Below the pieces are notes generated by a model. The model saw only the letters and a list, made by a program, of their open reading frames with translations. It was not told the DNA's origin and ran no database searches. 64,000 nt of DNA from positions 203,809 to 267,808 of the forward strand of contig JAHJTE010000002.1 of NCBI GenBank assembly GCA_018830005.1. Reading direction: 5' to 3'. The translations under genes and the position numbers were made by a program. Shown piece after piece: positions 8,541-17,199 of this stretch. Position 1 is the stretch's first letter. Each line of letters opens with the position of its first letter. The stretch is from Candidatus Omnitrophota bacterium. GTDB taxonomy: Bacteria > Omnitrophota > Gorgyraeia > JAHJTE01.

Positions 8541-10730
8541 TTAAGAGTGAAATCTTTTTCGTGAAGCCCTTTTGCTCAAAATGAGCACTAAAGGAGAGGC
8601 AATAAATATTGTAGAATAGGTCCCGGATACGAAACCTACTAACAGGCAAAATGCAAAATTATTCAAAACTTCCCCGCCAAATAAAAAGAGCGAGACAACT
8701 ACAATAAGCGTTAATACTGTTGTAAGAATAGTACGCGAAAGGGTTTGATTCACGCTTAGGTTTATGATTTCTTTCAAGGTAATCTTACGAGATGTCCTGG
8801 ATACCTCGCGTATCCTGTCAAAAATAACAATAGTATCATTAATCGAATAACCTGCTATAGTCAAGAACGCAGTAACGATTAATAGATCAATAGAACGACC
8901 TGACATCACTGTCAAACCAAGGGCAATGAGAATATCATGCAAGAGAGCAATTATACCCGCAAAGGCAAAATCAAAGTGTCTAAATCTAAATCCTATATAC
9001 AATAGGATCCCTGCCAAAGAGAATATGATCGCCTTGATTGCCTTTGATTTTAAAAGACCTCCTGCAAGCGGCCCGACCTTTTCTACTTTTACAATCTCGA
9101 ATTGATTATCAGGAAAACTCTCTTTGAATTTTTCCGAAACTATCTCTAAGGATTCTTCTTTTGTGCGTACAGCAATCTGTTTTGGATTGCTTTTAAATTG
9201 CTGCAATATCGCATGGCCTAAATTTATTTCCTTTAAGCTTGAGCGTATGTTATCAATTGAAGGCACTTCCTTGAATCTATACTCCTGCAATTGACCGCCA
9301 GCAAAATCAATACCAAATGCCTCATTACCTTTCATCAGGAAAGAACCCAAACCAATCACTATAACTAATAAAGAAGATATAAAGAAAACTAAATGAATCT
9401 TTAGGAAATCTACATTTGTCTTTCGAAAGAGTTGAAGCATGGGTAAATTTTTAAGAATTCTAAATTTAAGCAATAATTCAAATATGGTTCTGGTTACTAT
9501 CACAGCTGTAAACAAGCTGGCCAAAAGACCAATGCTCAAGGTTATGGCAAATCCACGTATGGGACCTGTTCCAAACAGAACAAGCAAGGTGGCGGCAATG
9601 ATAGTAGTCACATTGGAATCTATTATTGCACCAAGCGCCTTCCTGTAACCATTTGCGATTGCCCCGGGCAGGCTTCTGCCTAATGCCAACTCCTCTTTGA
9701 TGCGTTCATTAATAAGTACATTTGCATCAACCGCCATACCCAGAGTCAAAACTATACCTGCAATACCAGGCAATGTAAGCGTAAAGCCAAACATACTTAA
9801 TCCCGCAAAAATTATAAGCAGATTAAGCAAAAGCGCTAAATTTGCAATAAGACCAGCAACCATGTAATAAACAAGCATGAACAAAAAGACAAAAACAGCT
9901 CCCATGATGGTTGCATTTATGCCTGCCTTAATTGAATCCTGTCCAAGAAGCGGACCTATTGTTCTTTCCTCTTCTATATATAAAGGTGCGGGTAAGGCTC
10001 CAACCCGCAGCACTATTGCCAAATCCTTCGCTTCGCTCTGGGTGAATCTTCCAGTAATTACAGCTTCGCCTGATGGAATTGCCTCATTGATTCTAGGAGC
10101 GGATTTAATTTTCCCATCTAAAATTATTGCTAGACGCCTACCAATATTCTTTTTCGTGATCTCAGCGAATTCTTTTGCACCTTTGGAATTGAATTGCAAA
10201 GAAACCATAGGTTCATTAAAACTCGTCTGATCAAAACGTACAGTGGCATCTACTAAACTCTCTCCAGTTAAAGATGCCTTTTTTTCGACCAAAATCGGTT
10301 CTTCATCAAGATACTTAAACTCAAAGCCATCCGGCACCTCTGAAGCAAGCGCCTTCTTTAGAAGATTAGGGTCATTATTTACTAATTTAAATTCCAATAA
10401 GGCAGTTTGACCAATCAAGTCTATTGCCCGACCCCGCTCTGTAATCCCAGGCAACTGAATAATGATTCCATTTTTACCTTGACGCTGAATTGTGGGCTCC
10501 TTAACACCAAATTCATCAATACGGTTGCGGATAACTTCAAGCGCCCTGTCTACAGCATCCTTCTTAGACTCTTGGCTCAACTTGCTATCATCGACACGCA
10601 TGACAAGATGCATTCCGCCTTTGAGATCAAGGCCTAAATTAATCTTTTTCTCAAGTGGAAACGCCATAGCACTTGCCAGAACAACAACAATAATGATTAT
10701 AATTACTCTTAAATTTAGATTTTTATACAT
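8541..10730 (-). CDS. secDF: Protein translocase subunit SecDF (fused SecD-SecF)
   Basis: 729 aa; SecD N-terminal and periplasmic region; two 6-TM bundles. Confidence 0.87.
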   Translation of the reverse strand: MYKNLNLRVIIIIIVVVLASAMAFPLEKKINLGLDLKGGMHLVMRVDDSKLSQESKKDAVDRALEVIRNRIDEFGVKEPTIQRQGKNGIIIQLPGITERGRAIDLIGQTALLEFKLVNNDPNLLKKALASEVPDGFEFKYLDEEPILVEKKASLTGESLVDATVRFDQTSFNEPMVSLQFNSKGAKEFAEITKKNIGRRLAIILDGKIKSAPRINEAIPSGEAVITGRFTQSEAKDLAIVLRVGALPAPLYIEEERTIGPLLGQDSIKAGINATIMGAVFVFLFMLVYYMVAGLIANLALLLNLLIIFAGLSMFGFTLTLPGIAGIVLTLGMAVDANVLINERIKEELALGRSLPGAIANGYRKALGAIIDSNVTTIIAATLLVLFGTGPIRGFAITLSIGLLASLFTAVIVTRTIFELLLKFRILKNLPMLQLFRKTNVDFLKIHLVFFISSLLVIVIGLGSFLMKGNEAFGIDFAGGQLQEYRFKEVPSIDNIRSSLKEINLGHAILQQFKSNPKQIAVRTKEESLEIVSEKFKESFPDNQFEIVKVEKVGPLAGGLLKSKAIKAIIFSLAGILLYIGFRFRHFDFAFAGIIALLHDILIALGLTVMSGRSIDLLIVTAFLTIAGYSINDTIVIFDRIREVSRTSRKITLKEIINLSVNQTLSRTILTTVLTLIVVVSLFLFGGEVLNNFAFCLLVGFVSGTYSTIFIASPLVLILSKRASRKRFHS

Positions 10731-10753
10731 AATAATCTCAATGCCTTCTTTAA

Positions 10754-11035
10754 TTAGTCTGCCATCTTCTTAACTGAAGAGACAGCAGTCTTATCAACTT
10801 CTACCCTCACATTCTCATCTATACGCAGGATAAAAGTCTTCTCCTTTACGTTAACAATCGTACCGTGAATACCACCCGCTGTCACGACCTCATCATTTTT
10901 TCTTAAACGGCTTAGCATTTCACGATGTTTTTTCTGCTGAGACTGCTGGGGACGAATAATCAATAAGTAAAAAACACCCATAATCAAAATAAAAGGAATG
11001 AAACTAATAAATGTTGGGGGTTGCTGAGTTGGCAT
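10754..11035 (-). CDS. yajC: Preprotein translocase subunit YajC
   Basis: 93 aa; single TM then LRKNDEVVTAGGIHGTIV motif; adjacent to secDF. Confidence 0.8.
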   Translation of the reverse strand: MPTQQPPTFISFIPFILIMGVFYLLIIRPQQSQQKKHREMLSRLRKNDEVVTAGGIHGTIVNVKEKTFILRIDENVRVEVDKTAVSSVKKMAD

Positions 11036-11100
11036 AATAATTCTCCTTTAATAGTCTCCGCTGTTTGAAATAAAACAGTAGAGGGAATTAAACTAACCTG

Positions 11101-11355
11101 CTATTGCTTCTCTTTCTTCGCTTTCTTAATCAGCGAGGCTACAGTATCACTCGCTACAGCACCGCACTTTAACCAGTAATCTGCCCTTGCTATATCAAGT
11201 TTCAGCAATACTGGCTTCTTAGCTGGATTATAGTAGCCTATTTCCTCGATAAATCTTCCATCCCGCGCTTTTCGCTGATCAGCAACCACAATCCTAAAAT
11301 GATAATTCTTCTTCGAAGACTTGCCTGATTTCCTTAACCTAATCCTGACTGCCAT
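11101..11355 (-). CDS. rpsP: 30S ribosomal protein S16
   Basis: MAVRIRLRKSGKSSKKNYHFRIVVADQRKARDGRFIEEIGYYNP. Confidence 0.92.
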   Translation of the reverse strand: MAVRIRLRKSGKSSKKNYHFRIVVADQRKARDGRFIEEIGYYNPAKKPVLLKLDIARADYWLKCGAVASDTVASLIKKAKKEKQ

Positions 11356-11364
11356 AGAATCCTC

Positions 11365-12852
11365 CTATCCTATTTTTAACGCTTCTAACATTGCCTTTGC
11401 CTTATTAACAGTTTCCTGATATTCCTTTTTTGGCTTAGAATCAGCAACAATACCAGCGCCTGCCTGAACATAAGCCTTATTGCCTTTAATCAGAATTGTG
11501 CGAATCGTAATACATGTGTCAAGATTTCCCGCAAAACTAAAATAACCAACGCATCCAGCATAAGGACCTCTGCTGAGACCCTCCAACTCCTCAATAATCT
11601 CCATTGCCCTGACCTTGGGTGCGCCGGTAACAGTACCTGCAGGAAAACATGCTATAAGTAATTGAAATATATCGCATGTCTTTTTTAAGATTCCCTGAAT
11701 ACTTGATACAATATGCATTACATGTGAATAATACTCAATCTTCATAAACTCAGCTAGGTTAATGCTCTTAAATTTACAAACCCTGCCCAGATCGTTTCTT
11801 CCTAAATCCACAAGCATTGTATGCTCTGCCCTTTCTTTAGCATCAGCCAGTAATTCCTTTTTCAATCGTTCATCCTCTGCATCGCTTACTCCTCTAGGAC
11901 GCGTCCCGGCAATTGGCCTTGTCTCTACCTTTCCTTGCTCATAACGAACCAGCATCTCGGGTGAAGAACCGACGAGAGAAAAATTCCCTAATTTTAAAAA
12001 AAACATATAAGGCGAAGGATTTATTGAACGGAGATTGCGATATAGTGAAAATGACTGTCCGCGAAAATCAACTGAGAACCTCTGGGATAAAACTACCTGA
12101 ATAATATCCCCTTTTCTTATATAATCCTTGGCCTTGGTTACAGCCTGCAGAAAATCTTTTTCTTTTAAATTGGAAGTGATCTTGAATTTATTTTTGCTTT
12201 TTTTCAAAGATTCTTTTCTACCCTTGACAACTCTATTTTTTAGCCTGCGATGATTCCCTTCAATAACAGCCAGAGAATTCCTATAAGCCCTTTTTAATGC
12301 AGCGGGAGATTTATCTTTAGCAATATAGGCACAAGATACAATCTTTATTGTCCTTTGGATATGGTCAAAAATCAAAAGATCCTTAGCGAGCATAAGAGTA
12401 GAATCGGGTAACCTTAAATCGTCTTTATTTATCTTGGGCAATCTTTCAAAAAAACGCACACAGTCATAACCAATATAGCCGACAAGACCGCCGCAGAATC
12501 TTGGTAGGCCCGCTAAATCTACGATCTTAAAAGAACTCATAATTTTTTTTATCTCTTCCAGAGGGTGGGTTAGCGTTGTAAAAGTGCGGGTTTTCTTTTT
12601 GGCTCTATCGATTATCTTTATTCTTTTGCCTTTTGACTGAAAAACCATAATAGGCTGAGCTGCCAAAAATGAGAATCTGCCGATTTTCTCCTGTTCTTCA
12701 ACTGATTCCAATAGAAACGAATAACTGCCATCTGCAATCTTAGAATAGGCGCTTACAGGTGTTTCTAGATCTGCTAGAATCTGTTTATACACCGGTATCA
12801 GATTTCCCTTTTTAGCTAACTTTAAGAATTCTTTTTCGCTTGGATAAATCAT
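11365..12852 (-). CDS. Chorismate-utilising enzyme, anthranilate synthase component I / aminodeoxychorismate synthase family
   Basis: 495 aa; N-terminal SYSFLLESVE and IPVY...TPVSAY motifs; C-terminal chorismate-binding domain (GAGIVADS). No trpG/D/C/B/A nearby, so TrpE versus PabB cannot be resolved. Confidence 0.7.
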   Translation of the reverse strand: MIYPSEKEFLKLAKKGNLIPVYKQILADLETPVSAYSKIADGSYSFLLESVEEQEKIGRFSFLAAQPIMVFQSKGKRIKIIDRAKKKTRTFTTLTHPLEEIKKIMSSFKIVDLAGLPRFCGGLVGYIGYDCVRFFERLPKINKDDLRLPDSTLMLAKDLLIFDHIQRTIKIVSCAYIAKDKSPAALKRAYRNSLAVIEGNHRRLKNRVVKGRKESLKKSKNKFKITSNLKEKDFLQAVTKAKDYIRKGDIIQVVLSQRFSVDFRGQSFSLYRNLRSINPSPYMFFLKLGNFSLVGSSPEMLVRYEQGKVETRPIAGTRPRGVSDAEDERLKKELLADAKERAEHTMLVDLGRNDLGRVCKFKSINLAEFMKIEYYSHVMHIVSSIQGILKKTCDIFQLLIACFPAGTVTGAPKVRAMEIIEELEGLSRGPYAGCVGYFSFAGNLDTCITIRTILIKGNKAYVQAGAGIVADSKPKKEYQETVNKAKAMLEALKIG

Positions 12853-12855
12853 AAT

Positions 12856-13224
12856 CTATTTGATCTTTCGATAAAAACAACTTCTGCTGCCTGTATGACA
12901 TGCGACCCCAATCTGCCTGACCTTTATTAACAGGGTATCTTTATCACAGTCATAAAAAATTTGTTTAACAACTTGAAAATTTCCAGAGGTCTCTCCCTTG
13001 GTCCAGAATTTCTTTCTTGAACGTGACCAAAAACATGTCTTGGCATCTTTTAATGTTTTTGAAAGTGAGTCCTTATTCATATAAGCAAGCATCAAGACTT
13101 CTTTAGTTTTATAATCCTGGATAATAGCCGGGATTAATTTGTTCTTATCAAACTTCAACTTGAGATTTCTTGCACACTTTTGTAATGACTTAAGATTTTT
13201 CGTTTTTCTTTTTTTTGTCTTCAT
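12856..13224 (-). CDS. hisI: Phosphoribosyl-AMP cyclohydrolase (monofunctional HisI)
   Basis: LIPAIIQD...GETSGN...[11 protein letters not shown]...CHTGSRSCF; a roughly 25 aa Lys-rich N-terminal extension; no HisE domain. Confidence 0.87.
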   Translation of the reverse strand: MKTKKRKTKNLKSLQKCARNLKLKFDKNKLIPAIIQDYKTKEVLMLAYMNKDSLSKTLKDAKTCFWSRSRKKFWTKGETSGNFQVVKQIFYDCDKDTLLIKVRQIGVACHTGSRSCFYRKIK

Positions 13225-13976
13225 AATCTTACTGGAATGCCTCTTCTTTTTAAATATCTTTTTAAATTTGGAATACTTAGCTTTCGAAAATGAAATAGGC
13301 TTGCTGCCAAGGCTGCATCTGCTTTAGCCTTAATCAAGACATCAGCAAAGTCAGAAACCCTGCCAGCTCCGCCTGATGCAATGACTGGAATCGATAAGGC
13401 AGAAGTCATTTTTCTTGTCAGTTCTAAATCAAAACCTTCCTGAGTCCCGTCCGCATCCATACTCGTAAGCAATATCTCTCCTGCCCCTAACCTTTGAGCC
13501 TTCTTTGCCCAGGAAATTGCCTCTAACCTACGAGGCACTCTTCCGCCATGACTGTAAACCCTAAATATCTTTCCTTCACGCCTTGCGTCAATTGCAACTA
13601 CAATGCATTGTGCGCCAAAACGACGCGAAGATTTCTTAATAAGTTGCGGATTCTCAATTGCTGCTGTATTAATGCTTATCTTATCTGCGCCGGCATTTAA
13701 GATTTCACGCATATCATTGATGTCTCGTATGCCGCCGCCAACAGTAAAAGGCATAAATACAGCCTCAGCTGTCCTTGCTACTACATCAAGTAGAATGTTT
13801 CTCTTTTGAAAGCTTGCGGTTATATCTAAGAAAACGAGCTCATCTGCACCTTCTTTCTCATAAATCTTTGCAATCTCAACAGGATCACCTGCATCTCTAA
13901 GATTTAAAAACTTCACTCCTTTTACAACGCGGCCATCCTTAACATCAAGACAAGGGATTATTCGTTTGGTCAACAT
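13221..13976 (-). CDS. hisF: Imidazole glycerol phosphate synthase cyclase subunit
   Basis: [20 protein letters not shown]...; 251 aa; TGA/ATG overlap with hisI. Confidence 0.92.
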   Translation of the reverse strand: MLTKRIIPCLDVKDGRVVKGVKFLNLRDAGDPVEIAKIYEKEGADELVFLDITASFQKRNILLDVVARTAEAVFMPFTVGGGIRDINDMREILNAGADKISINTAAIENPQLIKKSSRRFGAQCIVVAIDARREGKIFRVYSHGGRVPRRLEAISWAKKAQRLGAGEILLTSMDADGTQEGFDLELTRKMTSALSIPVIASGGAGRVSDFADVLIKAKADAALAASLFHFRKLSIPNLKRYLKRRGIPVRL

Positions 13977-13984
13977 ATCTCTAT

Positions 13985-14746
13985 CTAGCTTAGCGCTTGC
14001 CTAAAATCAAGTTTTCCTTCATAAAGGGCCTTGCCCACAATTGCTCCATAAAGAGAATTTAGTTCCTTAAGTCGCTTAATATCAGATAGAGTAGTAATAC
14101 CTCCGGATGCAATCAAGTTTAAATTTGAGAAATTCCGCGCACAGGCTAAAACTACTTCAATTGCCGCAAAATCCGGCCCTGTCATTGTGCCATCGCGCGC
14201 AATACTAGTAAAATTAATAAACCTGATTCCATAATCATAGAATTTTTGCAAGATATCACCTAAATTCACCTCTTGTGATTTTAACCACCCAAAATTGGAG
14301 ACATCCATAATTATTTCAGTAGTCCCATCCTTCTTCTCTCTGATGTTGATAAATTTTGCATCAATGCTTACGGCAATACGTTCACCTGCCATACCTTTAA
14401 AATTATCCAAAAATGAATAATCCGAGAATACCTTTGAGCCAAGCACTACACGCCTGGCCCCTGCATCTAAGAATTCATTAATTATAGCAACGTCCCTCAG
14501 GCCACCGCCTACCTCTACTTCAACAGAGGTCGCCTTTATTATTTTAACTAGCAGGTCTTTATTTATGGGTTTGCCTTCTAGGGCTCCGTTTAAATCCACG
14601 ATGTGTATAAGCTGCGCCCCTTGATCTTGCCAATGCAAAGCAGCCTCCAGAGGATCCTGGCCATATTGAGACTCTTTAGAAAAATCCCCCTGATACAGCC
14701 TTACGACCTTGCCATCTTTGATATCTACTGCTGGAATAATTAACAT
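13985..14746 (-). CDS. hisA: ProFAR isomerase
   Basis: [17 protein letters not shown]...; 253 aa. Confidence 0.9.
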   Translation of the reverse strand: MLIIPAVDIKDGKVVRLYQGDFSKESQYGQDPLEAALHWQDQGAQLIHIVDLNGALEGKPINKDLLVKIIKATSVEVEVGGGLRDVAIINEFLDAGARRVVLGSKVFSDYSFLDNFKGMAGERIAVSIDAKFINIREKKDGTTEIIMDVSNFGWLKSQEVNLGDILQKFYDYGIRFINFTSIARDGTMTGPDFAAIEVVLACARNFSNLNLIASGGITTLSDIKRLKELNSLYGAIVGKALYEGKLDFRQALS

Positions 14747-14755
14747 TGCTTAAAC

Positions 14756-15355
14756 CTACTTTAAAAAGTTACTTAAAATCTTAAGTCCTGTTTTTTGGCT
14801 CTTCTCAGGATGAAATTGAACGCCATAGATATTGCCCTTAGAAAGCACACTGCAGTAACTGCGGCCATAAAAAGTCCCGGCTGCAATTACGCGCTTGTCT
14901 TTTGGCTGACAATAAAAAGAGTGACAAAAATATACGAATGATTTATTCTTTATACCCTTAAATAGCTTACAGGTTCTGTCTCTTATCTCCAGCTGGTTCC
15001 AGCCGATTTGCGGCACCTTTAATCTATTTGAGAAACGCTTAACCTCACCTTCAACTATACCAAGACCTCTTACGCCGGGAGCCTCTTGACTCCTACTAAA
15101 CAATAGTTGCATTCCCAGGCAGACCCCTAAGAAAGGAGTACCACAAGCTATCTTTTCCTTTAACAAATCGAATAATTTTAACTTTTTTAACTCCCTTACA
15201 GCATCAGCAAATGCCCCTACCCCAGGCAGAATAATCTTACTTGCAGCCAGAATTTTTTTTCTCTCTGCAGTAATAATTACATCTTTTTTAGTCAAAAGAC
15301 AGGCCTTGAGCACAGAACGTAAGTTGCCCATCATATAATCAACGACTACAATCAT
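14756..15355 (-). CDS. hisH: Imidazole glycerol phosphate synthase glutamine amidotransferase subunit
   Basis: VVDYMMGNLRSV...GVCLGMQLL...; 199 aa. Confidence 0.9.
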   Translation of the reverse strand: MIVVVDYMMGNLRSVLKACLLTKKDVIITAERKKILAASKIILPGVGAFADAVRELKKLKLFDLLKEKIACGTPFLGVCLGMQLLFSRSQEAPGVRGLGIVEGEVKRFSNRLKVPQIGWNQLEIRDRTCKLFKGIKNKSFVYFCHSFYCQPKDKRVIAAGTFYGRSYCSVLSKGNIYGVQFHPEKSQKTGLKILSNFLK

Positions 15356-15954
15356 AGATCTATCACGCCTTTTGTAGAAGGAATGCCTTTTCTGCGTTCA
15401 TCAATGGTAGAAGCGCTATCTAGAGCAATAGCCAATGCCTTAAAAAGGGCCTCAAAATAGTGGTGAGAATCAGTTCCTTTACCAGCTGGATCATGAGGGA
15501 TTCTAATGTGGAGGGTAATCTTTGCGTTGTTTACAAACTTATCCAAAAAGTCAAAAAATGCACCTTTTTTTAGATCAAGGTTGTCTTCATTAATAGGTGC
15601 AGGATCGCTTACCAATTTTGGTCTTCCGCAAATATCCACAGAAACATCAACTAATATCTCTTCCATTGGCACAGAACCAGTTCCAAACCGTCTAATAGAA
15701 AACGTATCACCTACAGCCTGCCTAAAGGCATTGCCTAAGGCAATGCCAATATCTTCCACTATGTGATGACTCAAATCACCTTTTGCCTTTAAATCCAAAT
15801 CAAAAAAACCATGAAAAGCAAATTCGCTTAACATGTGATTTAAAGAGTCATAAGGGGTCTTGATATTCTGCTTGCCTTCACCATCTATAGTCAAGCTACC
15901 GCTTATGTCAACCTCATTAGTTTTTCTTTCAATTAAAGCTTGTCTTTTATTCAT
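15352..15954 (-). CDS. hisB: Imidazoleglycerol-phosphate dehydratase
   Basis: IERKTNEV...DSHHYFEALFKALA; 200 aa; monofunctional (no phosphatase domain). Confidence 0.88.
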   Translation of the reverse strand: MNKRQALIERKTNEVDISGSLTIDGEGKQNIKTPYDSLNHMLSEFAFHGFFDLDLKAKGDLSHHIVEDIGIALGNAFRQAVGDTFSIRRFGTGSVPMEEILVDVSVDICGRPKLVSDPAPINEDNLDLKKGAFFDFLDKFVNNAKITLHIRIPHDPAGKGTDSHHYFEALFKALAIALDSASTIDERRKGIPSTKGVIDL

Positions 15955-15978
15955 ATTAAACCCCTTTGGTTTTTATAT

Positions 15979-17199
15979 TTATTTAAAACGTACCTTAACA
16001 GACTCAATATGTTTAAGGAGTCCTTCTGCAGAACCAATTTTCTCCAAAGGCTCCTTAACTTTCTCTAGCGCCTTTTTCGAATACCAGATTACATGTGTAG
16101 ACTTAAGAAAATCATAAAGCCCTAATCCTGAAAAAAAGCGTGCGCTTCCTCCTGTAGGCAAGACATGACTTGGTCCAGCAACATAATCTCCCACTGCAAC
16201 TGGGCTATAGGGCCCTAAAAATACAGCGCCTGCATTTTTTATCTTTTTAAGGAGACGCCTGGGATTATTAGTGAGAATCTCTAAGTGCTCCGGCGCAACC
16301 TTATTAGCTATCTCTACTGCCTGCTCGAGATTTTTAGTAATAATTATATATCCAGACTGAACTTCTGCCTTTAGCTGACGAGCCAGACGCTTGGAATTAG
16401 TAATCAAAATTGCCAATCCTTCCGCATGTTCTCCTTGAGCCAAAAGATCTGCTTTTACAAATTCAAAGTTTGAATACCGATTAGCAATAATCAATAATTC
16501 TGTCGGACCAGCAAGCATATCTATATCGCAAATTCCAAAGACTTGTTTTTTTGCTTCCGTAACATATCTATTTCCCGGACCAACAATCTTATCTACGCGA
16601 GGAATAGTCTTTGTCCCAAAGGTCAAGGCAGCAATCGCCTGAGCACCGCCGACCTTATATATTTCATTTACTTTCAGAAGATCTGCTACCACAAGTATGT
16701 GTGGATCAACAAAGCCTAAATTATTAGGTGGGGTGACCAGCGCGATACGCTTTACTCCCGCAAGTTTTGCCGGAAGCACTGACATATAAACACTCGAAAA
16801 AAGCGGCGCTGTACCAGCAGGTATATATATACCAACATTTTCTATAGGGCTGACCTGCTCGCCTAAAACAACACCATCGCTATTTCGTATCTTCCAGGAT
16901 TTTTTAATCTGTTTCTTGTAGAATCTATTAACGTTCTCAATGACTACCTTGAGGGTAGAAATAAAATCAGGACTGATATTCTGATAGGCACCGCTTATTT
17001 CTCTTTCTGAAACACGCAATTGCTTAACTGTAAGCTTAACCTTATCAAACTTGCGCGTATATCTAATAAGCGCCTCATCGCCAAATAGACGCACGTCATT
17101 TAGAATCTTACTGACACATTCACGTATACGTTTCCTGTCGATAAAATTGCGGTTATAAATTTTTTCCAAATCTTTGCTATTGGCTTTAAGAATTTTCAT
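15979..17199 (-). CDS. hisD: Histidinol dehydrogenase
   Basis: 406 aa; typical HisD length and core; start overlaps the alaS stop. Confidence 0.9.
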   Translation of the reverse strand: MKILKANSKDLEKIYNRNFIDRKRIRECVSKILNDVRLFGDEALIRYTRKFDKVKLTVKQLRVSEREISGAYQNISPDFISTLKVVIENVNRFYKKQIKKSWKIRNSDGVVLGEQVSPIENVGIYIPAGTAPLFSSVYMSVLPAKLAGVKRIALVTPPNNLGFVDPHILVVADLLKVNEIYKVGGAQAIAALTFGTKTIPRVDKIVGPGNRYVTEAKKQVFGICDIDMLAGPTELLIIANRYSNFEFVKADLLAQGEHAEGLAILITNSKRLARQLKAEVQSGYIIITKNLEQAVEIANKVAPEHLEILTNNPRRLLKKIKNAGAVFLGPYSPVAVGDYVAGPSHVLPTGGSARFFSGLGLYDFLKSTHVIWYSKKALEKVKEPLEKIGSAEGLLKHIESVKVRFK

